64,000 nt of DNA from Azolla caroliniana (taxonomy: Eukaryota; Plantae; Polypodiophyta). Under the pieces are notes generated by a model. It was not told the origin of the DNA. It saw only the letters and a list, made by a program, of their open reading frames with translations, and made no database searches. Each line of letters begins with the position of its first letter. Positions within the stretch are counted from its first letter, which is position 1. The stretch lies in NCBI GenBank assembly GCA_043228905.1, contig JBHGNT010000012.1:14198001-14262000 (forward strand), written 5' to 3'. Shown here one piece after another: positions 1 through 13,062 of the stretch. Position numbers and translations under genes: made by a program.

Positions 1-3000
1 CATGTACTCCGCCTCCGTGGTTGACAACGCAACCGTCTTCTGCAGCCTCGACTGCCACGAAACAACTCCCCCTGCATACGTCATCACATACCCTGATGTG
101 GACCGGCTGGTATCTACATCAGCCGACATATCCGAATCGGTAAAGCCGTCGAGTTCGGGCTTACCGGAGCCGAATCGGAGGCACACGTTTGTCGTGCCCT
201 TCAGGTATCAGAGTATCCACTTGGCCGCGTTCCAGTGCTCTTTGCCGGGATTGCTCATGTACCGGCTCACCACTCCGACTGCATATCCTATGTCCGGTCT
301 TGTACACACCATTGCGTACATCAAGCTTCCGACGGCAGAGGCATATGGTACTTTCATCATGTCCTCCTTCTCAGCCTTTGTCTTGGGGCTTTGCTTGCTG
401 GACAACTTGCAGTTTGTCGGGAGGGTTGACCCGACCGGTCTTGCTTCCGACATGTTGAACCGGTGAAGCACCTTTGTCACGTACTTCTCCTGTGACAGCC
501 ACAACTGCTTCTTCTTCCGGACCCGGATGATGTGCATCCCTAGTATTTGCCTCGCCGGACCCAGGTCCTTCATTGAGAAGGTTCGGTGAAGCGCTTTCTT
601 CAGCATCCATATCTTGACCTGGTCCCGTCCAACGATCAACATGTCGTCCACGTACAGGAGGAGTATTAGAAAGTCTCCTCCTTCGAACTTCTTCACAAAC
701 ACGCAGTGATCGGACTGCGTTTTGTGGTACCCTTCGTCGGTCATGAAAGAGTCGAACTTCTGGTACCATTGCCGGGGAGCCTGCTTCAGTCCGTAAAGGC
801 TCTTCTTCAACCGGCATACCAGGTGCTCCTTCCCTTTCTTCTCGAATCCTTCCGGTTGCTGCATGTAGATCTCTTCTTCGAGGTCACCGTGAAGGAATGC
901 CGTCTTCACGTCCATCTGTTCTACCTCGAGGTCCATGCTTGCCGCTATGCTCAGCACCGTCCGGATGGAGGTCATCTTCACTACCGGGGCAAATATCTCG
1001 TCGAAGTCGACGCCCTTCTTCTGCTGGAACCCCTTCACCACGATCCTGGCTTTGTATCTCGGGGGGTTTCCGGCATCTCCCGGTTTCAGCTTGAACACCC
1101 ACTTGTTTCGAAGTGCCCGCTTTCCTTTCGGCAACTCCACAAGTTCATATGTGTGGTTCTCATGCAGGGAATCCATCTCCTCCTGCATGGCACTTAACCA
1201 CCTGCGGCTATGGGTGTCAAGCTTTGCTTCTTCAAAACTCTCCGGCTCCCCCTCGTCGGTTAGCAGCACGTGCTCTGGTTCTGGAAATCTCCGGGGGGCC
1301 CTTCTCTCTCTTAGAGGATATCTCCGTTCCGGAGCTTCGGTAACCGGCTCCTCCGTTTCCTCTTCATCCGAATCCATTTCGGGATCAGGGCCGGTTCCGG
1401 TATCAGTTTCATCTTCCTCGGCCGGTTCTGTTTCTTCATTGTCTTCGGCCGGATCCTCGAGTGCGAACCGGTCCCTTGCCGGTCGGGACTGCTCCTCATA
1501 GAGTTGATCCTCACCGGTCGACTTGGAGCTCTTCATCTTCTTCTCCGACTCCCAGTCGGCGAGTGTCTTGTCCTCCATGAAGATGATATCACGACTCCGG
1601 AATATCTTTTTGTCGACCGGGTCCCATACTCGGTAGCCGAACTCGTCATCGTCGTAACCGAGGAATATGCATGGCCGGGTCTTTGGATCTAGCTTTCCTC
1701 TCCGGTCCTTTGCCACATGCACATATGCGAGACACCCGAACACCTTCAGATGCCGGTAGGATACTTCCCTACCGGTCCACACTCTCTGCGGCGTGTCTCC
1801 GTCCAAAGGTACTGAGGGTGATCTGTTTATCACGTATGTCGCCGTCGACATTGCCTCAGCCCAAAACCCCTTGGGTAATTTCGCATGCGCCAGCATACTC
1901 CGGACCCTCTCCATTATGGTCCGGTTCATCCTCTCGGCCAGCCCGTTCAGTTCCGGCGTCTTCGGCACAGTAAACTCGAGCCGGATTCCCTTCGAGCGAC
2001 AATACTCCTCGAACTGCCCCCGGTATTCCCCTCCGTTATCCGCTCGTATCGCTTTCAGCTTCTTGCCGGATTCCCTTTCCACTCTCGCGTGGAGTTCTTT
2101 GAAGACGCGCAACACTTGGTCCTTTGTCTTCAACGGTGCCGTCCACAGCTTCTGGCTGTGGTCATCAATGAATGTCACGAAGTACTGGGCTCCGCCAAGT
2201 GACTTCGTTTCTACTTGACACACGTCAGTGTGCACCAACTCCAATGGTGCGCTACGTCTCGTCGGTGGCCTTGAGTGGAAGGAGGTTCGGTTCTGCTTAC
2301 CGGCCAGGCAATCGGTGCACTTCTCCACGTGCACATGCTTCACTGGAATAAGGTTGTCTTCTGCAAGCCTCTTCATCCCCTTCTCACTCATGTGGCACAG
2401 TCTCTTGTGCCACAGCTCACCGGCAGTGTCGGCTGCCACGTTCAACTCCTCCGGACACAACCAGGCACTCATAAGGTACAGTGTGTTGACTTTCCGGGCC
2501 CGAGCCACTATCAGGCTCCCCTTGCTGAACTTCATTACGCCGTTCCGGATGCTACCTGTGTAGCCTTCATCGTCTAGCCTCCCGGCCGAAATCAGGTTCA
2601 AACGAACCTCCGGAACGTGTCGGACATCCTTCAGCAACATTTTGCATCCGGTCGAGGTTGTCAACCACACGTCTCCTATGCCGACAATCCGGCACGTACC
2701 TTCATTTCCCATCCGAACACAGCCATGCTCACCGACTGTGTAGGATGAGAAGTATCTTCTTTCCGGGGTCAGGTGGAACGACGCTCCGGAATCGACCACC
2801 CAGGTAGTCTCATCGCCGGCAATGTTTAGTTCACCTTCTTCGGTGATGAGCATGATCTCCTCTTCACTTGCCGCGAGTGCCGTCGTTCCTTTCCGGTCCT
2901 TCCCTCGCCGATCCGAACCATTCCGGTCCGTGGCTCCCCGGTAAACACCGTTCCGTTCCGAAGACTTCTTCGAATCGGTGTCGTCGGCTCCGTTGTCTTT

Positions 3001-3750
3001 TCGGTAATGCCGACAATTCTTTCGGAAGTGCCCCGGCTTCCCACAGTGGAAGCATGTGGGCCTTCCTCTTGACTGCGACCGGGTCCCCGACTTCTCCCGT
3101 CTTTGCGGACTCCGGTTCCGTTGTCTTCCCCGATCCGATTCGGTAAGCAGCATCTTCGGATCGGAGGCCGGTTCTTTATCTCTCCGACGCGCTTCTTCGT
3201 TCAAAATGCTTGTCTTTACCGTTTGTAGAGACAAGTTATCTTCGGTGCAGGAAGTGCTAAGAGTCACCACCAAGTTCTCCCAGCTTTCCGGCAATGTACA
3301 CATCAGGATGATGGCTTGCATTGCATCCTCCAACGAGAACTTGATCGCCGCAAGCTGGTTCACGAATCCCATGAACGTGATTACGTGTTCCACCATACTC
3401 TCGCCGTCCCGGTACTTGAGGTTCACTATCTTCCTCATCAGGGAGGTCCGGTTCAACGCATTCTTCCTCTCGTAGAGGCCCGACAGCTTCCGCCACATCT
3501 CATATGCGTTGGTGTCGTTCGCCACATGTTGTAGAACGCTCACGTCGACGTATTGCCGAATGGTTGCAACGGCTTTCCGGTTCAGAAGCCTCCATTCCGT
3601 CTCAAGTACCCCCTTGGGTATTTCCGACCTGTCAATCGGTTCATACAGGTCCCGAACAATGAGCAGATCCTCCATCTTTATCTTCTAGTCGGCGTAGTTC
3701 TGCGCATTCAGCACCATCATCCCCGGCTGCCCGCTGCTGCCGCCTTCCAT
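1..3750 (-). pseudogene. Copia A gag-pol polyprotein with two in-frame stops (3685-3687 W->TAG; 208-210 R->TGA)
   Basis: ATG at 3750. CCHC knuckle CFHCGKPGHFRKNC, protease WVVDSGASFH, integrase HHCC and ADNGGEY, RT LYVDDML. The frame continues into RNase H to the window edge. Confidence 0.93.
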
Positions 3751-3766
3751 TTTCTGCACTGCAGTC

Positions 3767-3778
3767 GCTCTGATACCA
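3767..3778 (-). promoter_or_regulatory. Primer-binding site (tRNA-iMet) of Copia A
   Basis: Minus strand reads TGGTATCAGAGC, 3 nt from the LTR end. Confidence 0.95.
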
Positions 3779-3781
3779 GAT

Positions 3782-4049
3782 TGTTGAGAAACTCGGCGCT
3801 TTCCGATCGTTCGCCTCTCGGCCACAACCAAGGAAACACGGATCAATGCAGCAGAAATTGAAAAACACAGAGAGAGACTCGAATGCACAGGGTTTAGCGT
3901 GGAAAACCCTAGACGGGAAAAAACCACGGGAGTGCAAGACTCCAACTATCACTATACGCAGGGAATGTACAATGGCGAGCTGCAAGGCGACGACCTTGAG
4001 CTCGCTGTCCTCGCCACAGACGGCGGTATTACACAGAGGCGTCGACCTC

Positions 4050-4084
<35 letters not shown>

Positions 4085-4422
4085 GCTGCTCTCACTTCGC
4101 TCCCTCTAAGTGGAAAACAGAAAAATGAGCAACAACAACAAACTGTTTGCCCTAAATCATATTTATACACATATGACTTTCGGGCTATTTACAACTATAG
4201 CCTCAAGGGCCCTTGGCAAACATATTCACAAATATGTCCCCGCATCCGGATCTCTCTCCGGGTACATTCGTCATCCGGCTCCGTAACCGGGGTCTTCATC
4301 ATCCGGCTCCGTAGCCGGGGTCTTCATCATCCGGATCTGATACCGGGTTCTCCTCATTCGGGTCCTCATTCCCGATTCCCGGACATCCGACCATCCCATC
4401 CGGAGGGACCGTAATCCCAACA
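3782..4422 (-). repeat. 5' LTR of Copia A
   Basis: TGTTG...CAACA termini. Contains a (CT)n tract, a minus-strand TATAAATA, and 28-bp tandem units at 4271-4326. Shares core motifs with the C and H LTRs. Confidence 0.9.
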
Positions 4423-5250
4423 TGTACAAATGTTCTAGTGAATGAGCATGTCCATAATAAATGTGGGACTCTTTCCAATCGTCCACCACATCTTGCACAA
4501 TGCGGTAAGGCTATCAATGTCTTTTGAAGATTTGACCCAATCGGGAGCATACCCAATAGGCATCTCCATAGGAATACCCGTTGCTTAAGTGGAAGACCAT
4601 AGCTCCATAAGCTTGTAAGTTGGTTTTTCCACCAGGATTGTGTTTTGTGTATGTGTCACAATGCATTTGCATGTTCGTGAAACCACGGGTCCTGTTGCAA
4701 CAACATATACACTAAATGTGTTGTAATCTTATTCATTGGAATAACAATGTTTCCTTTTTGTAACATCCAATCCTGAATCTTGTGATCTCCATCTAGAGAT
4801 GGCACAAGTACTAAAGAAAGTACCAACTTTGTGACTTGATTCTAGATAATGCAATGATGTGACCCAAGACTCTAACAACATGTCATGTCATTGAAGCCTA
4901 ATAGGTGACCTTGGTCATTTACCACATCTGCAATTGATTTCAACCCCTTCTTTGCTAAAAGATAAGATTTCCTAGGCTCGTGTTCAACCAATGACCATGG
5001 GAATATAGCACTCCAATGTAAGCTTTCGAGGCGTAATGAGTTCCCTAATTCTGAATTCTTGACTCTCCATTTTATGTGCTGCAATGCTTCCTTCAAGTGC
5101 TTTAGAAGCTTTGACCTAAATGGACAACCTTTGATGTGCCCCTCAAGCTTTCCAAACACTACATACCAATGGTTAGTATCTCATGAGCCAAATGACTTGG
5201 TTTTCAAATTAGCAAACATATCTAATAGCATTCTAGCCCAAGACTATGTT
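4423..5250 (-). mobile_element. Degenerate LINE ORF2 C-terminal fragment (zf-RVT region), interrupted by Copia A
   Basis: Minus-strand HCARCGGRLERVPHLLWTC matches the LINE C-terminal zinc-finger pattern. The upstream peptide KKGLKSIADVVNDQG is typical of plant L1 ORF2. Confidence 0.65.
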
Positions 5251-5499
5251 TGTTCAACAAATTTTGGCAACAAAGTAGCTTTTCTAGCCGACATATTCAA
5301 CTACAAATTAAGAATATTTAGCCCTCCACGTAATCGTGGAGTGCATATCTTCTCTAGTTATAAGAGTCGTACGCCTCTACGTGACTACTTAGAGCACCAA
5401 AAGTTGCTTATGATTTCTGAATTAATCTTTTGTATAATGTGTTTCGGCCAATCAATCATAAATAAGTAATATTGCATGTCCTCAATCTGACATGGAGTG

Positions 5500-5864
5500 G
5501 CCATGTTGAAACCGTGGTTTAAACGGTATAACACTTTACTATTTTCTTAAAAACTTTCTTTAATATTTTTTGAACATTTTCATTTCTAAGCCTAATACAT
5601 TTTAGGAAAAATCTATAAATTTTTGAAAAATTAAAATTTGAAATATCAAATATTTTATAATTTTATAATTGAATTTAAGAATTTAAGAATTTTGAATTTT
5701 GAACTACGAAACCGTGGTTTTAACGGTTTGAGAATCTCTAAAATCGTTATGTTTGAGTTTAGATTTTTTAAATGGTTTTGTTCGAACGGTTTTAGTTTAA
5801 ACCATTTTGTGGTTCAGTTTAAGTTTGACATTCTCGAATCGAACTAAACTATTGCCGATTGTTA
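5500..5864. mobile_element. Orphan hAT terminal/subterminal region, related to the hAT at 40460
   Basis: Ends in TGCCGATTGTTA, the TIR of the 40460-45656 hAT. Preceded by AAACCG/CGGTTT motifs collinear with the reverse complement of 40460-40720. Confidence 0.75.
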
Positions 5865-6048
5865 TTCATTACATAGCGATATATCCACTACGAGCATTTC
5901 ATTAATAACCACTAGATTACCCAATAGTTAAACAGTTTAAGTTTGACTATTCTCGAATCAAACTGAACTATTGCCGATTGTTATTCATTACATAGGGATA
6001 TATCCACTATGAGCATTTCATTAATAACCACTAGATTACCCAATAGTT
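5815..6048. repeat. ~118-bp tandem duplication covering the hAT end and its flank
   Basis: Units start at 5815 and 5933 and are near-identical. Confidence 0.9.
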
Positions 6049-7679
6049 CAATTTTATTCAAGTGTATCTAGATTGACCTTATCCTTTGATCTAATGAGGA
6101 TCATCGAGGCCAACATTTCACCTGGAAATCTCAATAATTTGGCCTATGCGATTATTTTCTATTGTTTGTAATATTATACTAACCATATCTACGACCAAGT
6201 AATCAATTTGTAAGGATTTTCTTTGAAACATTTGTCACAATGGATGTTGATGATTTAGAACACAATGCATGGCCTCAAATTGAGCACATAAAATAATTAG
6301 CATCCTATTGATATTAACCCACATGATAATGTTTCAAATTGTATTAGGTTTTTATTTGTATCGATCTTTACGAGAAAGAAGGTCACAAAACTCTATGGAG
6401 TCACTAATGTGTAAAATCAAGTGCGTTAAACAAATTTGCATATGACTTGTCTACTATAGGGAGAACATAACTTATGGCAAATTCCAATAAAGAAGTTACG
6501 ATACATTGTGTGATTGTCTCTCCTTTCAATGAACTTGCATTTGGCAAGTGGGTTAATCTTTAGGAGGTCAATGTCTATCCATATGCTTGTCATCATTACG
6601 TCAAAACTTTTCGAATCACCATTGTTATGGTTAAGAGAGAAGACAATTCAGGATAAAATAATTGAGAGGTAGGTAGGTGAGATGTCAATAACCACTAATA
6701 TTGAAGCTTTATTTTTTTATTTTTTTTTCGAAGAAAGGGTGCTTCCCGTTAGTTAGGTAAAGTGTCTTTACAGTCCGATATGTACACCAGTAATGTAATC
6801 ATAGACATTCAAAAGTTCTATCTACCACATTACCCTATCTAGCACACTCCTCTCTATTTATCATTAAACTCCTCTAAAACCGATACTAATAAGAAATAGC
6901 AAAATGATATTGTAATGTTTATATATTCCAGGACCACCAATTTGTGTTGGTCATCCTATCACCTGCAAAATTTCGAAAAATACCATGTACCTTCCTGGTT
7001 GGGTTGTCAGGGTAGATATAGCCATTTAGGCGTGGTGTAACACCACTTCAGCAGGCACATTCATATCATTATACCCTGAGTTGCCTCTATCACAATGATA
7101 TTCAATGCTTAGCACAATACCTTTTTGGAGCTTAACATATAGATTTTCATGTTATAAGAGTAACAAATGTTGATAAAATAGTTAGAATCTCAATACAATG
7201 GATCTATTGAAGACGAACATATTGAGTTTGACCCTTGCATGTTTTGTTGCTCAATGAGAAGGTGGTCCACATTAGGGGAATGCAATCATTTGTTCATTTT
7301 GTAGATAATTCTAGATCTGAAGCTCAAAACTTTGATCAACATTAGGGTAATGCAATCGCCAACATCCCAAACATCCACCGTAAACATGAATTAGCATCAA
7401 CCAGACACATAGTCATCTCCATTGAAGCATTAGATTCACCACATAACTTTTCATATGAATAATTTTATTGTGCATTGATTTTTATATAGTAAATAAAAGG
7501 GAAATTTATAAAAATAATTCGCAAAGCATAAGTTAAGGGTAATATCAAACAATATTCCTGGTTTTCACTAGTTGGATTTGGAACATAGTTCTATTAAAGT
7601 ACAAAATTTGGAACATAGTTCAATTCCAGGGCAAACATTTCTATTTGAAATTGTATTTCTAAGCAAGTTATTTGTTAAA

Positions 7680-7798
7680 TAGTTTAGGTTTAAGGATCTC
7701 TTAAACCATTTCATGGTTTGGTTTTAGTTTAATTCTTATGGAAGGTTTGGTCTAAGACTCTTGAACTGAGTTGAACTGTCATCGATTGCTAGTTGTTA
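7680..7798. mobile_element. More degenerate hAT-type terminus
   Basis: GGTTT-rich subterminal motifs ending in TTGCTAGTTGTTA, similar to the TGCCGATTGTTA TIR. Confidence 0.4.
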
Positions 7799-8831
7799 TT
7801 ACAATCGAATATGTGCTTTGTTTCAATGAAATGTTTTCTATTTTCTCCACAATTTTCTTTATTGAAGTTTGGATTTTTGTCGTGATGTAGTGGAAAACTT
7901 TGATTTGATACTAATATGATTGTTTATTTCTTTAGTTTGTTGATTATATAGGGCACATTTTAACATCAAATTTCTTTTATTTTCTAACACCAATTTGAAT
8001 ATCATAGGTCCCTTTTTGTGCTTTGTTTGATTTGTTGTTTCTTTCCATAGTATTTTATTGTGTCGATTACCAATCTGTAGGTATTCGATGGAATCCATTG
8101 TACATATTGGTGATCACTATCGAAGGAAGGCGTATGCACAAATATGTAGAGTTCCCTTCTCATCATGATTTGTGTCATTTGTCGGTGTTGTTTCCATAGA
8201 TGTTCTAATTGTTACGAGTGAAGCATCATAGATCGGTTGCACATCTATCAAGAGGAAGGCAAGTAAGCATACATTATATAGATATGCGAAATTCGTAGGG
8301 AATCAACACAACGAAAAGGTAGAAAAAGAGGATCGGACCCTACTTTTGTAAATTTGTAGAAAAAGGTACATACTTTTGTAGCTTTGTTTTGGACGAAAAT
8401 GAATAGAAAAGGAATGAAGCAAGGAAACTCGCTAATGAAAGTGAAACTCTCCAAACAAATTTGCTGCTTTAGACAATGGAAAGAAAAGAAATTATTGTTA
8501 ATATTGTTGTGATTTTAAAAAATGGGTTTGTGTGGAATAGTAGTATCAATAGTGTGGGTCAGAGTCTCTTTAAAGTTTAGACTCTTCTTCTCTAACACTG
8601 CACGAGCCCATCCACCTCTCCTACACTCTATTTGTCTCGCTGGCTGGCTCTTGAGATAAAGTCACCTCTAGAACACTCACGACCGATGCTAAGCCAGAAT
8701 GGTGTCGCACAAGAACACACCATAATATCCTTCAAATATTTTCCTTGACTACCGAGACCGAAAGGTGAGGGTTGCGGGGACTCCCAACGAGTGTGAAGAT
8801 CGTACCGCACATATTTACATTACGTTAGTAT

Positions 8832-8861
8832 GTTCCGGAGTGTTCTGGAGCCTTCCAGAAA
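8832..8861. promoter_or_regulatory. Candidate heat-shock element upstream of the bHLH gene
   Basis: TTCcgGAGtgTTCtgGAGccTTCcaGAA: six phased alternating pentamers, two of them GAG variants. Confidence 0.5.
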
Positions 8862-8969
8862 CCCGCCAAATGAGAGTATTTTCGAAGAAAGGAACATAAG
8901 GTCCGGTGAAGTTGGGCGCGTGCCACGCTTACAACTTTCACAACACATAGTGAGACCCCATGGGAAGTG

Positions 8970-8972
<3 letters not shown>

Positions 8973-9012
<40 letters not shown>
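8973..9012. repeat. (CT)n microsatellite in the promoter/5' UTR
   Basis: About 20 CT units. Confidence 0.9.
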
Positions 9013-9013
<1 letters not shown>

Positions 9014-9223
9014 GGACCTGTCTTTACTCTCTAAGGTCTCTCTTTTCTTCCTTTCTTTCTCTAAGCAATGCTTAGCTTAATCACCCCCAAAAGCCCTGCC
9101 CTAATTGTGGGCAATTAAGCACCACCATAGAGTGATTAGGGGGTTGGATACCGGGCGATTAGAGAGTGATTAGGGAAAACAGAGAGGGAAGTAGCTCACA
9201 AATCCAATTCTTCACCATATCTT

Positions 9224-9832
9224 ATGGTCATGAGAAAATCAGAGAGCATGGGAAAACTCAGAGATTGGTGGCCATCTCCATTATCTCCCTCTCCTTCTCC
9301 CTCTCCTTCTTCTTCCTCCTCAACCTTCATTGGAGCTTCCATGGAGGCTCAGGCTCTAATCCTCCCTAAGACCCACAACCCCAATCATCTGTCAAGACCT
9401 TCTTTCAAGCTAACAAGCTCCAAAGAGCTCAAAGAAGAGCTCCTCAAGCAACTCCATCTCCACAATTGCAGCAATCCTTTCTCTTCCCCACCTTCTTCTT
9501 CCTCCTCCTCTTCCATGAAAGCTCCCATTGTTGTTCATCAGATCAAAAGGTCCAGCATGAAGCCATCTGGGGAATGTCCCAACACCAATAAGGAATATTC
9601 CTCGTCCACCATGGAGGACTCCACATTGTCCAAAGAAGATTCATTGTCCAAGGAAGATTCCGACATCCCGGCCAAGGAGTGTACCCCACCGGGGGGAGGC
9701 CGGGGGCCCAACTCTTCTTCAAAGCGCATGTCACGCCGGGAGGTCCACATTGTGTCCGAGAGAGAGCGGCGCAAAGGCATGACCCACCTCTATGCCACTC
9801 TCCATTCCCTCCTTCCTGATGCTAAACCCAAG
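9224..9832 (+). CDS. bHLH-ACT-like transcription factor, exon 1
   Basis: S/P-rich N-terminus, then basic region and helix 1 HIVSERERRKGMTHLYATLHSLLP. Donor AAG|GTAAAG at 9833, phase 0. The start codon could also be one of the downstream ATGs. Confidence 0.9.
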
Positions 9833-11140
9833 GTAAAGAAGATCACACCCCATCTCAATCCTTCTAATACATATAAATTGCTTTCTTTTCCGAGATAATT
9901 TGGTCGATCTGAGCCCATACCATTCGTTATTCATTCGAGATTGAATTTCACGGCATTTACATGGGGGCATTGTCCCACACAAAATGTTGATGGGCCCAAG
10001 AGGAGATCGAGGTCTTGTTTTTGTCTAAATTGTGGTATCATTAAATAACGTTTGTCCATATCGATCTAGCTAATCAATCGGATTGTGTACCCGATTGAAT
10101 TGAACTCGTGTGGTTGTCCCCGGATATTTACATGTACCCAATTTGAAGTGTTAAGGGTTCTCTTTCAGACTTCTAGGCACCATTTTCCTTAATCTGTCTT
10201 AAGGGTAAGTCTAATGTCAAAGCTTCACCATAACAAGGCCATACTTCCCCTAAATACCTCTCAACACTATGAATTTCAGTGAAATGCCAGCCACTGAATT
10301 CTGGAATTCGGGTCTGTAAAGACAAGTGCTTCTCGTGGCATTTTTCGATGCTAATGCATATGAAGAGTTCAACCCCTTAAGTATCTCACGCTTGATTAAT
10401 CTTAATCCGCATTTGGAAGCCGACAAATTATCAAGCTAAATGCATAGGTTTTCTTCTTATTATATTATTCTATGCTAGTTTACGAATAATCGAGTTAATT
10501 TGCAATCTTATTACCAAGGATTAAAATTAATTGAAGGAGAGAAGAGGATAACTTTTCTTGTGGTTGTTAAGAATGCAACTTGCAAGTGTAAGTATAATTT
10601 GGTAATGCAACACAAGCATCCACAAAGGAATTGTCCTAGTAAGTTCTTGGTTTTATGGGAATCCCAAAAATTGCTTCTATCTCGGGAATTTCTTCAAGTT
10701 AGAGTGGGATTCTTGGAAGTATGGCATAGTTAGTTGAGTGGCATTTTGATCAATTTCACTTATCTTGATCAATGAAACACTTTGTGTGGATCTAGGAAAC
10801 AGTGTAGATGGGACATGGTAACTAGAAATTGAAGTTCATTGAACAAAACATTTGCCCACTTGGAGCTCCTAGAAAGGCTCAATAGAGAAATCTAGTATGT
10901 TTACTTGTAGGTGTTATCTGGAACATAATATTGAAATGTAAGGACAAGTGAGCCTTTGAGGGACAAGAATACCTCGTTATTACCATCGTACCAAACTAGG
11001 GATGCGGATCCTCGTAGTTTGTAGTTGGCCAAAACTTGCTAATAATATTGTGTGGAAAGATGAATGGATTTAAGTGGCACAATGTGGAGAAACTCAATCT
11101 CAAACCTCCTAATGTATTTTAATTGTGAATTAATTTCCAG

Positions 11141-11563
11141 GTAGACAGATGCACAGTCTTGACAGAAGCCATGGATTACATTCTCCTTCTACGCGCACAA
11201 GTCGAAGATCTTGAGCAACAGAAGATGGAATTTGTAATGTCTCTAGGTGAACAATATGGTTGTCCCTTCGACAATTTGGGGGAACTAGGTGGGGATATTC
11301 ATGATGGCACTAGTTCCTCAATGGAGAACACGTTAGGGATACTAATGATGAGCGAGGAGAGAAGAGAGGAACTATTGTCGGTCGCGGATGTCTGTGTTAG
11401 GTTTCGTGGGCGTGAAGATGCATTCATCACTCTCAAGAGTCCCAAGAAGAAAGGAGTGTGGTCCGAGATCCTACAAATCTTAGATGACCATGACATGGAG
11501 GTTCTCAATGTTACCCTTTCTAGGTCGGACCATGATATGGATCATCATTGCATGCATGCACGG
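11141..11563 (+). CDS. bHLH-ACT-like transcription factor, exon 2
   Basis: Acceptor TTTCCAG|. Helix 2 VDRCTVLTEAMDYILLLRAQVEDLE and ACT-like region (AFITLKSPKKKGVWSEILQILDDHDMEVLNVTLS). Donor CGG|GTAATC. 423 nt, phase 0. Confidence 0.9.
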
Positions 11564-13062
11564 GTAATCATCATCATCTTCTTCTTCTTCTTCTTAAATT
11601 ATTTGTCAATCACATTAATGCAATGCGTAGATTGCTTAAAACTTGATGGATGCTAAATCATTAGATTCTAAATTTACCTAAAATTATATATCTTTAAGTG
11701 TATCAAACATGGGTATGCTAGGGTTAGTTTTTTAAGTAAGCACTAAACTTAATAACACAAGGTGGGGAGGGGGGGGGGGTTGCTTTTAAGGATAAGTCCA
11801 ACAATTTTTATCATTTCTCTTCGATGATGGGGCTACTACATATAATAATGACAATTTATTAGTTTCCCGTAAGTATAAGTACTCAAATTTATGATGATAT
11901 GCTCATCACTCTACCGAAAACCGATGAAAGCTTTGGGTAAGTGGATGCTACTTACTCATTTAACTCTTAGAAAATCATTAAATGTAAAGCCAGATAGGTG
12001 TACAATGGGTGACTTTATTATATGAGCGAGCTATCTATTTATGGGATTATCGGGACAAAAATAAACCAAAACACCCTTTTAAAGTGCAAGTACTAGAATC
12101 CAGAACAATGGAATAAATAAATAAATCTAACCTTACTGAGGCAATGTGGTCCTATTGCCATAACATGTGAAAACTATATGTTGGTAGATGATGCTATTAG
12201 AGCTCCTAGGGGCTAGATAAATAATTTTAGCTTTTTAGGTTTCCATATCTTGACCATGTTGCCAACCTCGAGGCATACCAATAATGGATCTAAGGCTATA
12301 GTTTCCCCGCCTCTAAATTTACGGAATTAGTTGACATAAGCCTAGGAACAATATATCAAAACTATCAATTAACATGTTCCTTTTAACACACCATTTGTCC
12401 TCTCCTTTTTCTGGTTTTACATCGCCTTTCTATAAAATTGTTTGCCAACTTTCAAAGCCAAAATAAATGCAGTAAGAAGTAATAAATGTAATGAATAAAG
12501 AGTGGCATGTGGTTTCAATTTGGCATTAATCATTTGAATGGCGACCAAATTAGAGCTATTGCGATAAATTTTCTCAAGTTCTTGGGATTACTAAGTCTTT
12601 CAACTAAGTGAGAGGTCAATACCTTCTAGTCTAATTTAGTGTGGTAGCATGAGAGCAGTTTGATAGTTACACAAATCTAATATACCTTCATACTTTTCCG
12701 GTACCCGAAATAAATGTTGCTCAGGGCTTACATGATACATCCTGAAAGCAAGTTTTCAAAATATATCAGGCATATATTATGGCTTTTCAATTGGAATGCA
12801 TGAGAACACCCCCCTTTGTTTGGAAAATTTGATGAAACACCTCGATATGTCTGAAAGTGAAAGTGATAACCAACAATATTGTCAAAATGGTGAGGGGTAT
12901 TTATGGTAAATATCCAAAAAATCAAGAGTATATTTGGGCACTTTCTCCTTTCTAATATATATTTATTTATTTATTTTCAATAATGATATTACTTTTGAAC
13001 AAGACAATATAAATCTAGGGTTATATTTATAGATTGTGAGCCTTTGATTTGTGAATTGCCAG

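Larger units (their letters stand above)
1..4422 (-). mobile_element. Ty1/copia LTR retrotransposon A (Tork/Tnt1-like), 3' end outside window
   Basis: Gag-PR-INT-RT-RH domain order on the minus strand. 5' LTR 3782-4422 (TG...CA). tRNA-iMet PBS at 3767-3778. Confidence 0.95.

Noticed and set aside
2-3534. Many plus-strand ORFs opposite Copia pol (also in C and H)
   Set aside because: Antisense shadows of GC-rich coding sequence with no independent motifs.
4423-5250. Idea that this LINE fragment is the missing tail of the 18-29 kb LINE
   Set aside because: Opposite strand, 24 kb away, more decayed, and no overlapping sequence links them.
6870-7450. Possible captured exon fragments between hAT-like ends
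   Set aside because: No convincing ORF, and the candidate intron is only ~28 nt.
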